Positions 11,035-19,217 of a DNA stretch of 64,000 nt are shown one piece after another. A model generated the notes under the pieces. It did not search any database and had not been told where the DNA came from. It was given only the letters and a program-made list of their open reading frames with translations. Numbering within the stretch: position 1 is the stretch's first letter; every line of letters starts with the position of its first letter. Origin of the DNA: Bacteroidia bacterium. Its GTDB lineage: Bacteria; Bacteroidota; Bacteroidia; UKL13-3. Location: NCBI GenBank assembly GCA_044353855.1, contig JBILBF010000001.1, forward strand, positions 642,233 through 706,232. Direction: 5' to 3'. The translations under genes were made by a program, and so were the position numbers.

Positions 11035-11195
11035 AAAGTCGTTGTCTTCGACTCCGCTCAGACAACATCAGAATTTGTAAATCCCTCATTGAATAAAATT
11101 CAGTGGGGGATTTTGGGTTTAAATGAATCTTGTATGATAAAATTCTATGAATAATATTAGGCGTTTCACTAGTAGAAAACTTATTGAGCTTTGGA

Positions 11196-11290
11196 GAATG
11201 TAGTAAAAGTGCATAAACGCAAAAAGCCATTCGGTCCCGATAGCTATCGGGAGGCGTTTTCTTTTTTTGCTCCCTTCATTGATAAAAGAT
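11196..11290. repeat. degenerate remnant of the GIY-YIG/tRNA-Asn junction (first ~8 codons of a GIY-YIG gene + hairpin interrupted by the 18-bp palindrome + tRNA 3'-end-like TTTGCTCCC)
   Basis: gtaaaagtgcataaacgcaaaaagccattcgg at 11203-11234 matches 13452-13483 (start of the intact GIY-YIG gene and its upstream hairpin); palindrome TCCCGATAGCTATCGGGA at 11235-11252; tttgctccc at 11269-11277. Confidence 0.6.
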
Positions 11291-11380
11291 GCAGCCAAAA
11301 TGAGTTAATGATGTATGGAATTATTAGGAAATTAGAAGTTTGATTTTTTATTGACTTAATCAGATTCAAGAAGAAGTTGG

Positions 11381-11644
11381 TTATAGCTTATGTTTACTTT
11401 TCTTTTCCTGCATCTTAATAAACATTTCAAACTCAATTATCAAGTCGCTCAACTTAAATTCAAATGCATCTGCAAGATTTTTAACCCAATAAAGTGTAGG
11501 TGTAATTAAACCACGTTCAAGTCGAGATATATTTTGAAAATTATTGCTCATTAAATCGGCTAAATCAGATTGGGACATGCCTTTTTTAGACCTTTTATAT
11601 CTAACAAAATCACCGAACAAAATGTTGTAGCCTCTTTTTTCCAT
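11381..11644 (-). CDS. XRE-family helix-turn-helix transcriptional regulator (87 aa)
   Basis: KKGMSQSDLADLMSNNFQNISRLERGLITPTLYWVKNLADAF is a classic Cro/C1-type HTH. Confidence 0.7.
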   Translation of the reverse strand: MEKRGYNILFGDFVRYKRSKKGMSQSDLADLMSNNFQNISRLERGLITPTLYWVKNLADAFEFKLSDLIIEFEMFIKMQEKKSKHKL

Positions 11645-11754
11645 TTAAGCCAAACAATTTGTGATAATAGACAACTTGTATACTAACCATATGTGGTTAT
11701 TTTTGTGATGAACATTACATTGATGTTCATCAACCAATTTAAAATAGTATTAAA

Positions 11755-12822
11755 ATGAAAAAAGTAATTTACATAACAATTGCAATTCTAGGATTTGCAA
11801 ATTTTACAATGGCACAAGTGCCAAGCTATGTGCCATCAGATAGTTTAAAAGGATGGTGGGGATTTAATGGTAATGCGAATGACCAAAGCGGTAATGGAAA
11901 TAATGGAACCGTGAATGGTGCTACATTAACAAGTGATAGGTTTGGAAATTCTAATAATTCTTATGGATTCAACGGTTCAAATAATTTTATTTCTTATAAT
12001 AACATTGCAAACCTCCCTATTAAGAACTCTTCGCGAACAATTTCATTATGGTTTCTTTTAACTCCTACTTCAGGATATAACGATGGATATTCACTAATTT
12101 CTTATGGAAGTAAGAATGTTAATGGTGGGTTGAATGATATTTTTATAAAAGCAGATCCTGCTTTGATCGAATTTAATGCACATAGTTGTTATACCGATAA
12201 TAATCCTGGAACAATTAATTCATTTTCAAGCACTTGGCATCATCTAATAGTAAAATACGATAGTGTTAGCATTGATAGTATAGATATTCGTTTTGATAAT
12301 TTAAAAATTGCATCAACTAATCATAACATAAATCAATTAAAAAGACTATTTACCGATAGTTCAGAAATGTTAATTGGTAAATCTGTAATTTCATATGCTA
12401 CTGAATTTTATTTTAATGGTAAAATTGACGACATCGGTATTTGGAATCGTGCTTTAACTGAACAAGAAATCACAAATCTATATAATGGTAATATTTGTTT
12501 TCAGAATATTAGCGTAACTGATACATTAGTTATAAATGTTAACCGTACTGGTTATAATCCTGTAACTTATAGTAACACTTTAAAGGTGTATCCAAACCCT
12601 ACAAAAGACCGCATCACTATTGATAATGGTGACATATCAAAAATGTCAGGATATTCAATAAAAATATTCAATTCATTAGGTCAACAAAAATTCCAATCAG
12701 CCATTAACCAACAACAATTTACAATTGATATTACACAATGGGGTGGCAATGGTTTATACTTCTTAAATTTACTTGATGCATCAGGAAATATTATTGATGT
12801 AAGAAAGATTTTATTGAATTAA
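11755..12822 (+). CDS. secreted LamG/concanavalin-A-like lectin domain protein with T9SS (Por) C-terminal sorting domain
   Basis: Signal peptide; LamG-like core (WHHLIVKYD...GKIDDIGIWNRALTEQEI); C-terminal KVYPNPTKDRITID...GLYFLNLLDASGNIIDVRKILLN is a T9SS CTD. Confidence 0.75.
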   Translation: MKKVIYITIAILGFANFTMAQVPSYVPSDSLKGWWGFNGNANDQSGNGNNGTVNGATLTSDRFGNSNNSYGFNGSNNFISYNNIANLPIKNSSRTISLWFLLTPTSGYNDGYSLISYGSKNVNGGLNDIFIKADPALIEFNAHSCYTDNNPGTINSFSSTWHHLIVKYDSVSIDSIDIRFDNLKIASTNHNINQLKRLFTDSSEMLIGKSVISYATEFYFNGKIDDIGIWNRALTEQEITNLYNGNICFQNISVTDTLVINVNRTGYNPVTYSNTLKVYPNPTKDRITIDNGDISKMSGYSIKIFNSLGQQKFQSAINQQQFTIDITQWGGNGLYFLNLLDASGNIIDVRKILLN

Positions 12823-12875
12823 TAAGCGTCTAATTTTTAATCATTAAATCAAAATAAACTAGCATTTTATTTGAA

Positions 12876-12906
12876 AAAGGAGAGTCAAATGGCTCTCCTT
12901 TTTTTG
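12876..12906 (+). terminator. rho-independent terminator of the LamG/T9SS gene
   Basis: aggagag tcaaatgg ctctcct stem-loop followed by TTTTTTT. Confidence 0.7.
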
Positions 12907-12993
12907 TTAATGTTAAAATATGCAACCACTTCTGGGGCTTGCTGTAAAAAGAAAAAGGTGACAGAAACGTTGCCTTGTTTAGTTGTGCTCCCT

Positions 12994-13011
12994 TCCCGAT
13001 AGAAATCGGGA
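12994..13011. repeat. imperfect copy of the 18-bp palindrome (TCCCGATAGAAATCGGGA)
   Basis: Differs from the perfect palindrome at 2 central positions; lies in the repeat-rich stretch preceded by GTGCTCCC. Confidence 0.6.
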
Positions 13012-13097
13012 CTGGGCTCCCCGATTGTGCAGCTCTATGCTCGTTCCTCACACAGCCGCAGCATCGGGATAAACTTCTCGCCCTCAAAATTTATTCA

Positions 13098-13130
13098 AAA
13101 AAAAAGACCGCAGACTGCGGCCTTTTTTTA
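13098..13130. terminator. bidirectional hairpin terminator (A-run / GACCGCAGACTGCGGCC / T-run); on the minus strand it directly follows the pseudo-tRNA-Asn 3' end
   Basis: aaaaaaaaagaccgcagactgcggccttttttt; position is consistent with being the original terminator of the split ancestral tRNA-Asn. Confidence 0.6.
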
Positions 13131-13135
13131 ATTTG

Positions 13136-13187
13136 CTCCCTGACCTGCCCCGATAGCTATCGGGGGAACCAGGGACCTATTGATTAA
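13136..13187 (-). pseudogene. tRNA-Asn pseudo-fragment: 3' half (anticodon loop to 3' end) with the 18-bp palindrome replacing the T-loop
   Basis: aatttgctccctgacctg + ccccgatagctatcgggg + aaccagggacct + attgattaa aligns with the intact tRNA-Asn at 13502-13548 except for the palindrome insertion and 1 mismatch. Confidence 0.75.
13148..13165. repeat. 18-bp perfect palindrome CCCCGATAGCTATCGGGG (variant of TCCCGATAGCTATCGGGA)
   Basis: Self-complementary; replaces the T-loop of the 3' pseudo-half. Confidence 0.8.
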
Positions 13188-13467
13188 GAGTTATAATTTT
13201 GTGAACCAGTTCAGGATACTGAATCAATGATTCAATAAACCGTTTACTCTTCATTCGTTTAATATGCATTTCAACTTTCAAGGCATGACTTCTATTTTCG
13301 CAAGGGATAATAAGCACTATTTCCCATGGAATTCCTGCTTTTGTCGAATTTGTGTTGAGTTCAGAACTGTTGTGGTACAAAAGACGTGCGTCAACATCCG
13401 TTGTTTCACCAGTATAATATCGATTGCGTTTAGTAGAATATAAAATATAGCAAAAGTGCATAAACAA
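13177..13467 (-). CDS. GIY-YIG nuclease family protein (COG2827/UPF0213-like, 96 aa)
   Basis: FCYILYS...RYYTGETTDVDARLLYHN...IPWEIVLIIPCE matches the GIY / YIG / Arg / Glu core of small GIY-YIG (URI) proteins; last three codons and the stop are encoded by the tRNA-derived fragment; start is immediately 3' of a hairpin+T-run. Confidence 0.8.
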   Translation of the reverse strand: MFMHFCYILYSTKRNRYYTGETTDVDARLLYHNSSELNTNSTKAGIPWEIVLIIPCENRSHALKVEMHIKRMKSKRFIESLIQYPELVHKIITLNQ

Positions 13468-13507
13468 AAAAAGCCATTCGGACAGAATGGCTTTTGCATT
13501 TAATTTG

Positions 13508-13581
13508 CTCCCTGACCTGGACTCGAACCAGGGACCTAGTGATTAACAGTCACTCGCTCTAACCAGCTGAGCTATCAAGGA
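13508..13581 (-). tRNA. tRNA-Asn (anticodon GUU), intact
   Basis: Reverse complement TCCTTGATAGCTCAGCTGGTTAGAGCGAGTGACTGTTAATCACTAGGTCCCTGGTTCGAGTCCAGGTCAGGGAG: 7-bp acceptor stem, D-arm, anticodon stem AGTGA/TCACT with loop CTGTTAA, T-arm CTGGTTCGAGTCCAG; 74 nt. Confidence 0.9.
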
Positions 13582-13612
13582 ATATTTTCCGATTTCAAGT
13601 TGTCAAAGCTTG

Positions 13613-13663
13613 TTGTTACTTGCTCTAACCTCCCGATAGCTATCGGGAGAGCTATCAAGGAAT
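13613..13663 (-). pseudogene. tRNA-Asn pseudo-fragment: 5' half (positions ~1-32) with the 18-bp palindrome replacing the D-loop; retains the native 5' flank
   Basis: gttacttgctctaacc + tcccgatagctatcggga + gagctatcaaggaat(tttcc) aligns with the intact tRNA 5' half at 13548-13590, including the upstream flank ttttcc. Confidence 0.75.
13631..13648. repeat. 18-bp perfect palindrome TCCCGATAGCTATCGGGA
   Basis: Self-complementary; identical to the copy at 11235-11252. Confidence 0.8.
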
Positions 13664-13745
13664 TTTCCTTTAAGGGGATGCAATGATAGGATTTGAAATT
13701 TAAATACGCAATATTTGCCACGAAAAAATTTAAAATAAAATTAGC

Positions 13746-14663
13746 ATGAGTTTATTAGTCGTTGGTAGCGTGGCATTTGACGCCATAGAAACACCTTTTG
13801 GAAAAACAGATAAAATTGTAGGAGGAGCAGCTTCGTACATTTCATTAGCAACTTCTTACTTTACAAATACCACCAAATTGGTTGCTGTAGTAGGGGATGA
13901 TTTTCCGCAATCTTTTGTTGAAACCCTAAACAAAAGAGGTGTAAACACGGAAGGATTGCAAGTAAAACAAGGAGAGAAATCATTTTTTTGGAGTGGTAAA
14001 TACCACACAGATATGAATTCGCGTGATACACTGGTTACCGAATTAAATGTTTTAGGCGATTTTGATCCTATCATTCCTGTATCCTACCAAGATTGTGAAT
14101 ACTTGATGTTGGGAAATTTAACTCCTGCCGTTCAACAAACAGTAATCAACCGGTTAACCAAACGCCCAAAACTAATTGTAATGGATACCATGAATTTTTG
14201 GATGGAAATAGCCATGGATGATTTGAAAAAAACCATTGCGATGGTGGATGTTTTAACAATTAATGATGAAGAAGCGCGTCAACTTTCTGGGGAATATTCA
14301 TTGGTAAAAGCTGCAGCCAAAATTATGTCAATGGGTCCAGCCTATTTAATTATTAAAAAAGGAGAAAACGGAGCATTGTTGTTTCATGGTAAAGAAGTGT
14401 TTTTTGCACCAGCATTACCATTAGAAGAAGTATTTGATCCAACAGGAGCAGGCGATACATTCGCTGGTGGTTTTATTGGATACCTTGCCAAAACGGATGA
14501 TATATCATTTGAAAACATGAAAAATGCCATCATTTATGGATCAGCAATGGCTTCGTTTTGTGTTGAGAAATTTGGTACCGAGCGAATCCTAGATTTGAAA
14601 GCGGATGAATTGAAAGCTCGAATAGCACAATTCCAGCAACTCGTGAAGTTTACAATTGACTAA
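13746..14663 (+). CDS. PfkB-family carbohydrate/nucleoside kinase
   Basis: C-terminal DPTGAGDTFAGGFIGYLA is the ribokinase/PfkB anion-hole motif; 305 aa. Confidence 0.8.
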   Translation: MSLLVVGSVAFDAIETPFGKTDKIVGGAASYISLATSYFTNTTKLVAVVGDDFPQSFVETLNKRGVNTEGLQVKQGEKSFFWSGKYHTDMNSRDTLVTELNVLGDFDPIIPVSYQDCEYLMLGNLTPAVQQTVINRLTKRPKLIVMDTMNFWMEIAMDDLKKTIAMVDVLTINDEEARQLSGEYSLVKAAAKIMSMGPAYLIIKKGENGALLFHGKEVFFAPALPLEEVFDPTGAGDTFAGGFIGYLAKTDDISFENMKNAIIYGSAMASFCVEKFGTERILDLKADELKARIAQFQQLVKFTID

Positions 14664-14732
14664 TTTAACCATTTGTTAAAACAACCTCAATTGTTACATT
14701 TGCCGCACTCACAATTAAAGAAATAGCATATT

Positions 14733-16004
14733 ATGTCACAAAACACAGCAACACATAGCAATGATAATCCATTTGAATCGATGATGTCTCGTTTCGATGA
14801 AGCAGCTCGTATTATTGGTTTAGATGAAGGTTCATATAATGTATTAAAATCGCCACAAAAAGCGGTTATTGTTTCTATTCCAGTAACAATGGATAATGGT
14901 ACCGTTCAAGTTTTTGAAGGCTTTCGTGTTGTACACAATGCTAACTTAGGTCCATCAAAAGGAGGAATTCGTTATTCAATGGATGTAAATTTGGACGAAG
15001 TAAAAGCATTGGCTGCATGGATGACTTGGAAATGTGCTGTTGTTGGTATTCCATACGGAGGTGGCAAAGGAGGTATCAAATGCGATCCACGTAAAATGAG
15101 CAAAGGTGAATTAGAAAGAATGACACGAGGATACACCGATTTAATGGTTGATGTTTTTGGTCCAGATAAAGATATTCCCGCACCAGATATGGGAACAGGT
15201 CAACAAGAAATGGCTTGGATAATGGATGAGTATTCTAAATTAGTAGGTTATTCATCTCCAGCAGTTGTAACTGGCAAGCCATTGGTTTTAGGAGGTTCAT
15301 TAGGCCGTGTTGAAGCTACCGGTCGTGGTGTAATGGTTTCAACCCGCTCAGCATTATCTAAATTGGGCATTAGCCCTATTGGATGTACTTGTGCTGTTCA
15401 AGGGTTTGGTAACGTAGGTTCTATTTCTGCCAAATTACTGCAAATGCAAGGAATGAAAGTGCTTGCAATTAGCGATGTTACTGGTGGGTATTTTAATGCT
15501 GAAGGAATTGATATTGAAGCAGCAATTGCTTTCCGCGATGGAAATAATGGAACCTTAGAAGGCTTCAAAGCAGAAAGAATTAGCAACGAAGAGTTATTAG
15601 AGCTTGATGTTACGGTATTAGTTCCAGCTGCAATGGAAAATCAAATTACAGTTGACAATGCTGATAAGATAAAAGCAAAATTAATAGTTGAAGGAGCAAA
15701 CGGACCAACTGTTGCTGGTGCAGACACAATTTTGAACAAAAAAGGAATTATGGTAGTGCCTGATATTTTGGCAAATGCGGGTGGTGTTACTGTTTCATAT
15801 TTCGAGTGGGTACAAAATCGTCTGGGTTATTTTTGGACAGAAGAGCGCGTATACCGCAGAGCCGATCGTGTAATGAAAACTGCTTTTGAATCAGTTTATG
15901 CAGCTTCTTTAAAATATAATATTAGCATGCGTATTGCAGCCTACGTTGTATCTATTGCTAAAGTTGCCGAAGTTGAAAAACTACGTGGCAAGTTTGGGGT
16001 ATAA
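14733..16004 (+). CDS. gdhA: glutamate dehydrogenase (Glu/Leu/Phe/Val dehydrogenase family)
   Basis: GIPYGGGKGGIKCDP catalytic lysine motif; Rossmann GFGNVG; 423 aa. Confidence 0.9.
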   Translation: MSQNTATHSNDNPFESMMSRFDEAARIIGLDEGSYNVLKSPQKAVIVSIPVTMDNGTVQVFEGFRVVHNANLGPSKGGIRYSMDVNLDEVKALAAWMTWKCAVVGIPYGGGKGGIKCDPRKMSKGELERMTRGYTDLMVDVFGPDKDIPAPDMGTGQQEMAWIMDEYSKLVGYSSPAVVTGKPLVLGGSLGRVEATGRGVMVSTRSALSKLGISPIGCTCAVQGFGNVGSISAKLLQMQGMKVLAISDVTGGYFNAEGIDIEAAIAFRDGNNGTLEGFKAERISNEELLELDVTVLVPAAMENQITVDNADKIKAKLIVEGANGPTVAGADTILNKKGIMVVPDILANAGGVTVSYFEWVQNRLGYFWTEERVYRRADRVMKTAFESVYAASLKYNISMRIAAYVVSIAKVAEVEKLRGKFGV

Positions 16005-16080
16005 TTGATTCATATTTAATTGCCACTTATTCGCTCAAACTGCATTTATGGTTTAAACCAATGCTTCAAGATCTGAGTTA

Positions 16081-16773
16081 ATGAGTGGCGATATTTTTTA
16101 CTATTTAATATACAAAATAATGCTACACAGAGAGGGTAAAGTCACTATAATGTTAACCTTGGTTTTCTTGTTTGTACTCAATGGTACAATTGGATATTTT
16201 TTCCCCGAAACAGTGTGGTTGCAAAATATTTTTATAGCTTTATCTATTGTATTTTTAATCATTATTCTTCAGTTTTTTCGCAATCCCTCAATTAAGCCAA
16301 CACTGGGAGATAATTTAGTTATCTCTCCTGCTGATGGAAAAGTTGTTGTTATTGAAGAAGTAATGGAGACCGAGTTTTTTAATGAAAAACGTATTCAGGT
16401 TTCCGTATTTATGTCGCCCTTTAATGTGCATGTAAACCGCAATCCAGTAGGTGGAGTTGTAAAATACTTTAAATACCATAAAGGTAAATATTTGGTAGCT
16501 TGGCATCCTAAATCAAGTACCGAAAACGAACGCACAACAACCGTAATTGAAACACCAAACAAAGTACAAATTTTGTTTCGTCAAATTGCTGGAGCCTTGG
16601 CTAAGCGTATTGTATGGTATGTAAAAGAAGGGCAATCCGTGCAACAAGCTGGCGAAATGGGGTTTATTAAATTTGGATCACGTGTTGATATATATTTGCC
16701 CCTACATACCAATATAAAAGTAGAACTTAATCAGGTTGTTAAAGGAGGCCGAACTATTTTAGCAGAGTTATAA
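16081..16773 (+). CDS. psd: phosphatidylserine decarboxylase proenzyme (true start probably the internal ATG at 16120)
   Basis: N-terminal TM segments; C-terminal FGSRVD (pyruvoyl-forming cleavage-site region); length typical of Bacteroidota Psd. Confidence 0.8.
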   Translation: MSGDIFYYLIYKIMLHREGKVTIMLTLVFLFVLNGTIGYFFPETVWLQNIFIALSIVFLIIILQFFRNPSIKPTLGDNLVISPADGKVVVIEEVMETEFFNEKRIQVSVFMSPFNVHVNRNPVGGVVKYFKYHKGKYLVAWHPKSSTENERTTTVIETPNKVQILFRQIAGALAKRIVWYVKEGQSVQQAGEMGFIKFGSRVDIYLPLHTNIKVELNQVVKGGRTILAEL

Positions 16774-16833
16774 GTTATACTTTTATTAACAAAATACTGT
16801 TATATTTGAGTTATCAATTTAAATAAAAATACC

Positions 16834-17106
16834 ATGAAAAAATTATTCGTATTGTCGGTATGTATCGTGTTAAGTGCAGTTGCTTTTGCTCAAACACCAA
16901 CCAAAAAAGATGCTCCCAAAGCAGCTACATCATTAACGGTATCACAACCAGCTGCAACTGATGCAGAAGTTTCGAGTGTGGTTTTAGATACTAAAAAGGC
17001 TGCTAAAAAAGAATGCAGCGTTGAAGAGAAAAAAGCTTGCGGAACAAAGTCAGGCAAAAAATCATGCTGCAGCAGTGCAGATAGTAAAAAAGAAGAAAAC
17101 AAATAA
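16834..17106 (+). CDS. small secreted Lys/Ala-rich protein with Cys-rich C-terminus (hypothetical)
   Basis: Signal peptide MKKLFVLSVCIVLSAVAFA; C-terminal KKECSVEEKKACGTKSGKKSCCSS; followed by a terminator. Confidence 0.5.
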   Translation: MKKLFVLSVCIVLSAVAFAQTPTKKDAPKAATSLTVSQPAATDAEVSSVVLDTKKAAKKECSVEEKKACGTKSGKKSCCSSADSKKEENK

Positions 17107-17121
17107 TAGTGTTTTCGTTTT

Positions 17122-17161
17122 TAAAAAAAAGCCATCACGCAATGCGGAATGGCTTTTTTTA
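17122..17161. terminator. bidirectional terminator between convergent genes
   Basis: aaaaaaaa gccat cacgcaatgcggaat ggc ttttttt. Confidence 0.65.
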
Positions 17162-17177
17162 TGCTCATTATTGTTGA

Positions 17178-19217
17178 TTAGCTTTGTAGCGGTAAGCTAA
17201 AAAAGAAAGATGTTCCGTTGTCTTTTTGGCTTTCTGCCCAAATTGTTCCTCCATTTCTTTCTATAAAGTCTTTGCAAAGCATTAATCCGAGGCCAGTTCC
17301 TTTTTCGTTTGCAGTACCTTTGGTGCTCGGGTGTTCATGTTGGTTAAATAATTTGGCTAAATTTTCTGTGCTTATACCTACTCCGTTGTCTTTTATTTCT
17401 ACAATACATTTCTGCTCTGTTATTGATGCCAATAATGAAATTGAACCACTTTCAGGTGTGAACTTTATTGCGTTTGAAATCAAATTTCGCAATACTAAGT
17501 TTATCATATCAATATCGGCAAATGCAGTTATGTTTTCGTCTACAGAATTAACCAGGGAAATGTTTTTTTGATGTGCCGCTGAGTTTAATAAATTGATGTT
17601 TTCTTGTGAGAGTGAATGGATATTTAGTTTTTGACGGTGAATGGTTACTCCTTTGATTTGCGCAGATGCCCATATCAATAAATTTTCTAATAAATCAATC
17701 GTGTTTTCTACAGAACTGGAAATCTGTTTGGTAATCTCTGAAGTATCTATGGGGACATACTCTTTATTACTCACTAAATCAAAATAGAGCTTCATTGTGG
17801 TCAAATTGTTTCGTAAATCATGTGATATGATAGAAAAGAAACGATCCTTGACACTATTCAGTTGATCTAGTTTTTCTTTTTGCTCCATAATCGAAGCGTT
17901 TTTATCAATTAATTCAATCTGCTGCTTTCGCAAGTTTTTGGCTATACGCCTGTTTTGAATTGTAAAAGCTATAAGAAAAATAAATAGGACTCCTAAAACA
18001 ATAGAAGCTATTGTAAATAGATTGGTAACAGCTTTTTCTTTGGTAAGTTCTATTTCATTTATTTGTTGTTCTTTATGCAGCAATTCTATTTGTTGTTGTT
18101 TTTTTTCTGATTCATATACAAGGAGTTGATCTGTTAGTTTTTTCAAACTGCTGTCGTTAAAAATGGAGTCTTTTAACTCTTTGCTTAACGTACTAAAAGT
18201 AGTTGCTTTTTCATTTTCTTGGGTAAGTTTATAAACTATAGCTAAACCTTGATAAGCCTCTTCCAATTCAATTTTTGAATCTATATTTTTGGAGAGTTGA
18301 ATCGCTTTTTGATAAGATTGAATCGCTTTATCATAAAGCCGAATGGAAACAAAAGTTGCACCCATGGCATTGTAGTTAGATACCATAATGGGCAGTGCTT
18401 TAATTTGTTCGCTCATAAACAATGAACGCTTAAAGTAGTTTATAGCTTTTTCAGAATGACCATCAAGTTGTTCAATTGTTCCTAATTGATACAAGGTTGA
18501 TGCAATGCCTGGATTGTTATTAAATTCAGTATATAAGGCTAATGATTTCAAGAAATAAGTTTTTGCTTTTTGAGGTTCCTGTTGTCGCAAGTAACTATTG
18601 CCAATATTGTCGTATCCAACAAGTGCTCTAAATTTATCGGATGATTCTTCGTATAAGCTGATTGCTTTTAAATTGTATTCAATTGATTTGGAGAAATTAT
18701 TTTGACGGGCATAAATGCTTCCAAGAGCGTTAAATACATTAACCATTCCCACTTTGTCTTTTAATTCTTCATAATACCTCAAAGCCTTTAAATAGTTTTC
18801 GGAAGAAAGCGGTAAGTTTCCTTGTGAGAAATAAATACCCGCAAGAGCTGCAGTTACATCTGCAATATTTTTGGTGTTTTTTAAATTTACATAATAACCT
18901 AATGCTTCTGTGTAATGCTCTTTTGCAGTGGTTATGCCCATTCTAAACTCAATTGCAGCAAGTGTTTGTAAAGCTTTAGCATGTGATGCATCATCTTTTA
19001 ATTCGGTTGCATACTGTATAGCTTGGTTTAAATACTGAATGGCAAGCTGTGGATTGTTGTTTCGATTTAGCTGTGCAATAATTTGCAATGCAACTAATTT
19101 ATCTGCGTCAGCTCCAGTACTAATGATTTGTTGTAAACTATCTGAATTGATTTGCTGAGCGAATAGTTGTACACTAAAAATAACTGAAATACATAAATGA
19201 TAAATTACCTTTTTCAA
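17178..19217 (-). CDS. sensor histidine kinase with periplasmic/N-terminal TPR repeats
   Basis: Signal peptide; ~8 TPR-like repeats; TM helix; HisKA (FFSIISHDLRNNL) and HATPase_c (GTGLGLMLCKDFIERNGG) motifs. Confidence 0.8.
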   Translation of the reverse strand: MKKVIYHLCISVIFSVQLFAQQINSDSLQQIISTGADADKLVALQIIAQLNRNNNPQLAIQYLNQAIQYATELKDDASHAKALQTLAAIEFRMGITTAKEHYTEALGYYVNLKNTKNIADVTAALAGIYFSQGNLPLSSENYLKALRYYEELKDKVGMVNVFNALGSIYARQNNFSKSIEYNLKAISLYEESSDKFRALVGYDNIGNSYLRQQEPQKAKTYFLKSLALYTEFNNNPGIASTLYQLGTIEQLDGHSEKAINYFKRSLFMSEQIKALPIMVSNYNAMGATFVSIRLYDKAIQSYQKAIQLSKNIDSKIELEEAYQGLAIVYKLTQENEKATTFSTLSKELKDSIFNDSSLKKLTDQLLVYESEKKQQQIELLHKEQQINEIELTKEKAVTNLFTIASIVLGVLFIFLIAFTIQNRRIAKNLRKQQIELIDKNASIMEQKEKLDQLNSVKDRFFSIISHDLRNNLTTMKLYFDLVSNKEYVPIDTSEITKQISSSVENTIDLLENLLIWASAQIKGVTIHRQKLNIHSLSQENINLLNSAAHQKNISLVNSVDENITAFADIDMINLVLRNLISNAIKFTPESGSISLLASITEQKCIVEIKDNGVGISTENLAKLFNQHEHPSTKGTANEKGTGLGLMLCKDFIERNGGTIWAESQKDNGTSFFFSLPLQS

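Noticed and set aside
10973-11230. 85-aa minus-strand ORF overlapping the nrdJ 3' end
   Set aside because: It overlaps the last 60 nt of nrdJ and has no motifs. Only its first few codons (11200-11225) are meaningful, as a remnant of a GIY-YIG start.
12830-13187. ORFs 12830-13087 (minus strand) and 12975-13187 (plus strand)
   Set aside because: They fall in the repeat-, terminator- and tRNA-fragment-rich stretch, with low-complexity translation; non-coding.
17218-17571. 117-aa plus-strand ORF
   Set aside because: It is internal to the histidine-kinase gene on the opposite strand.
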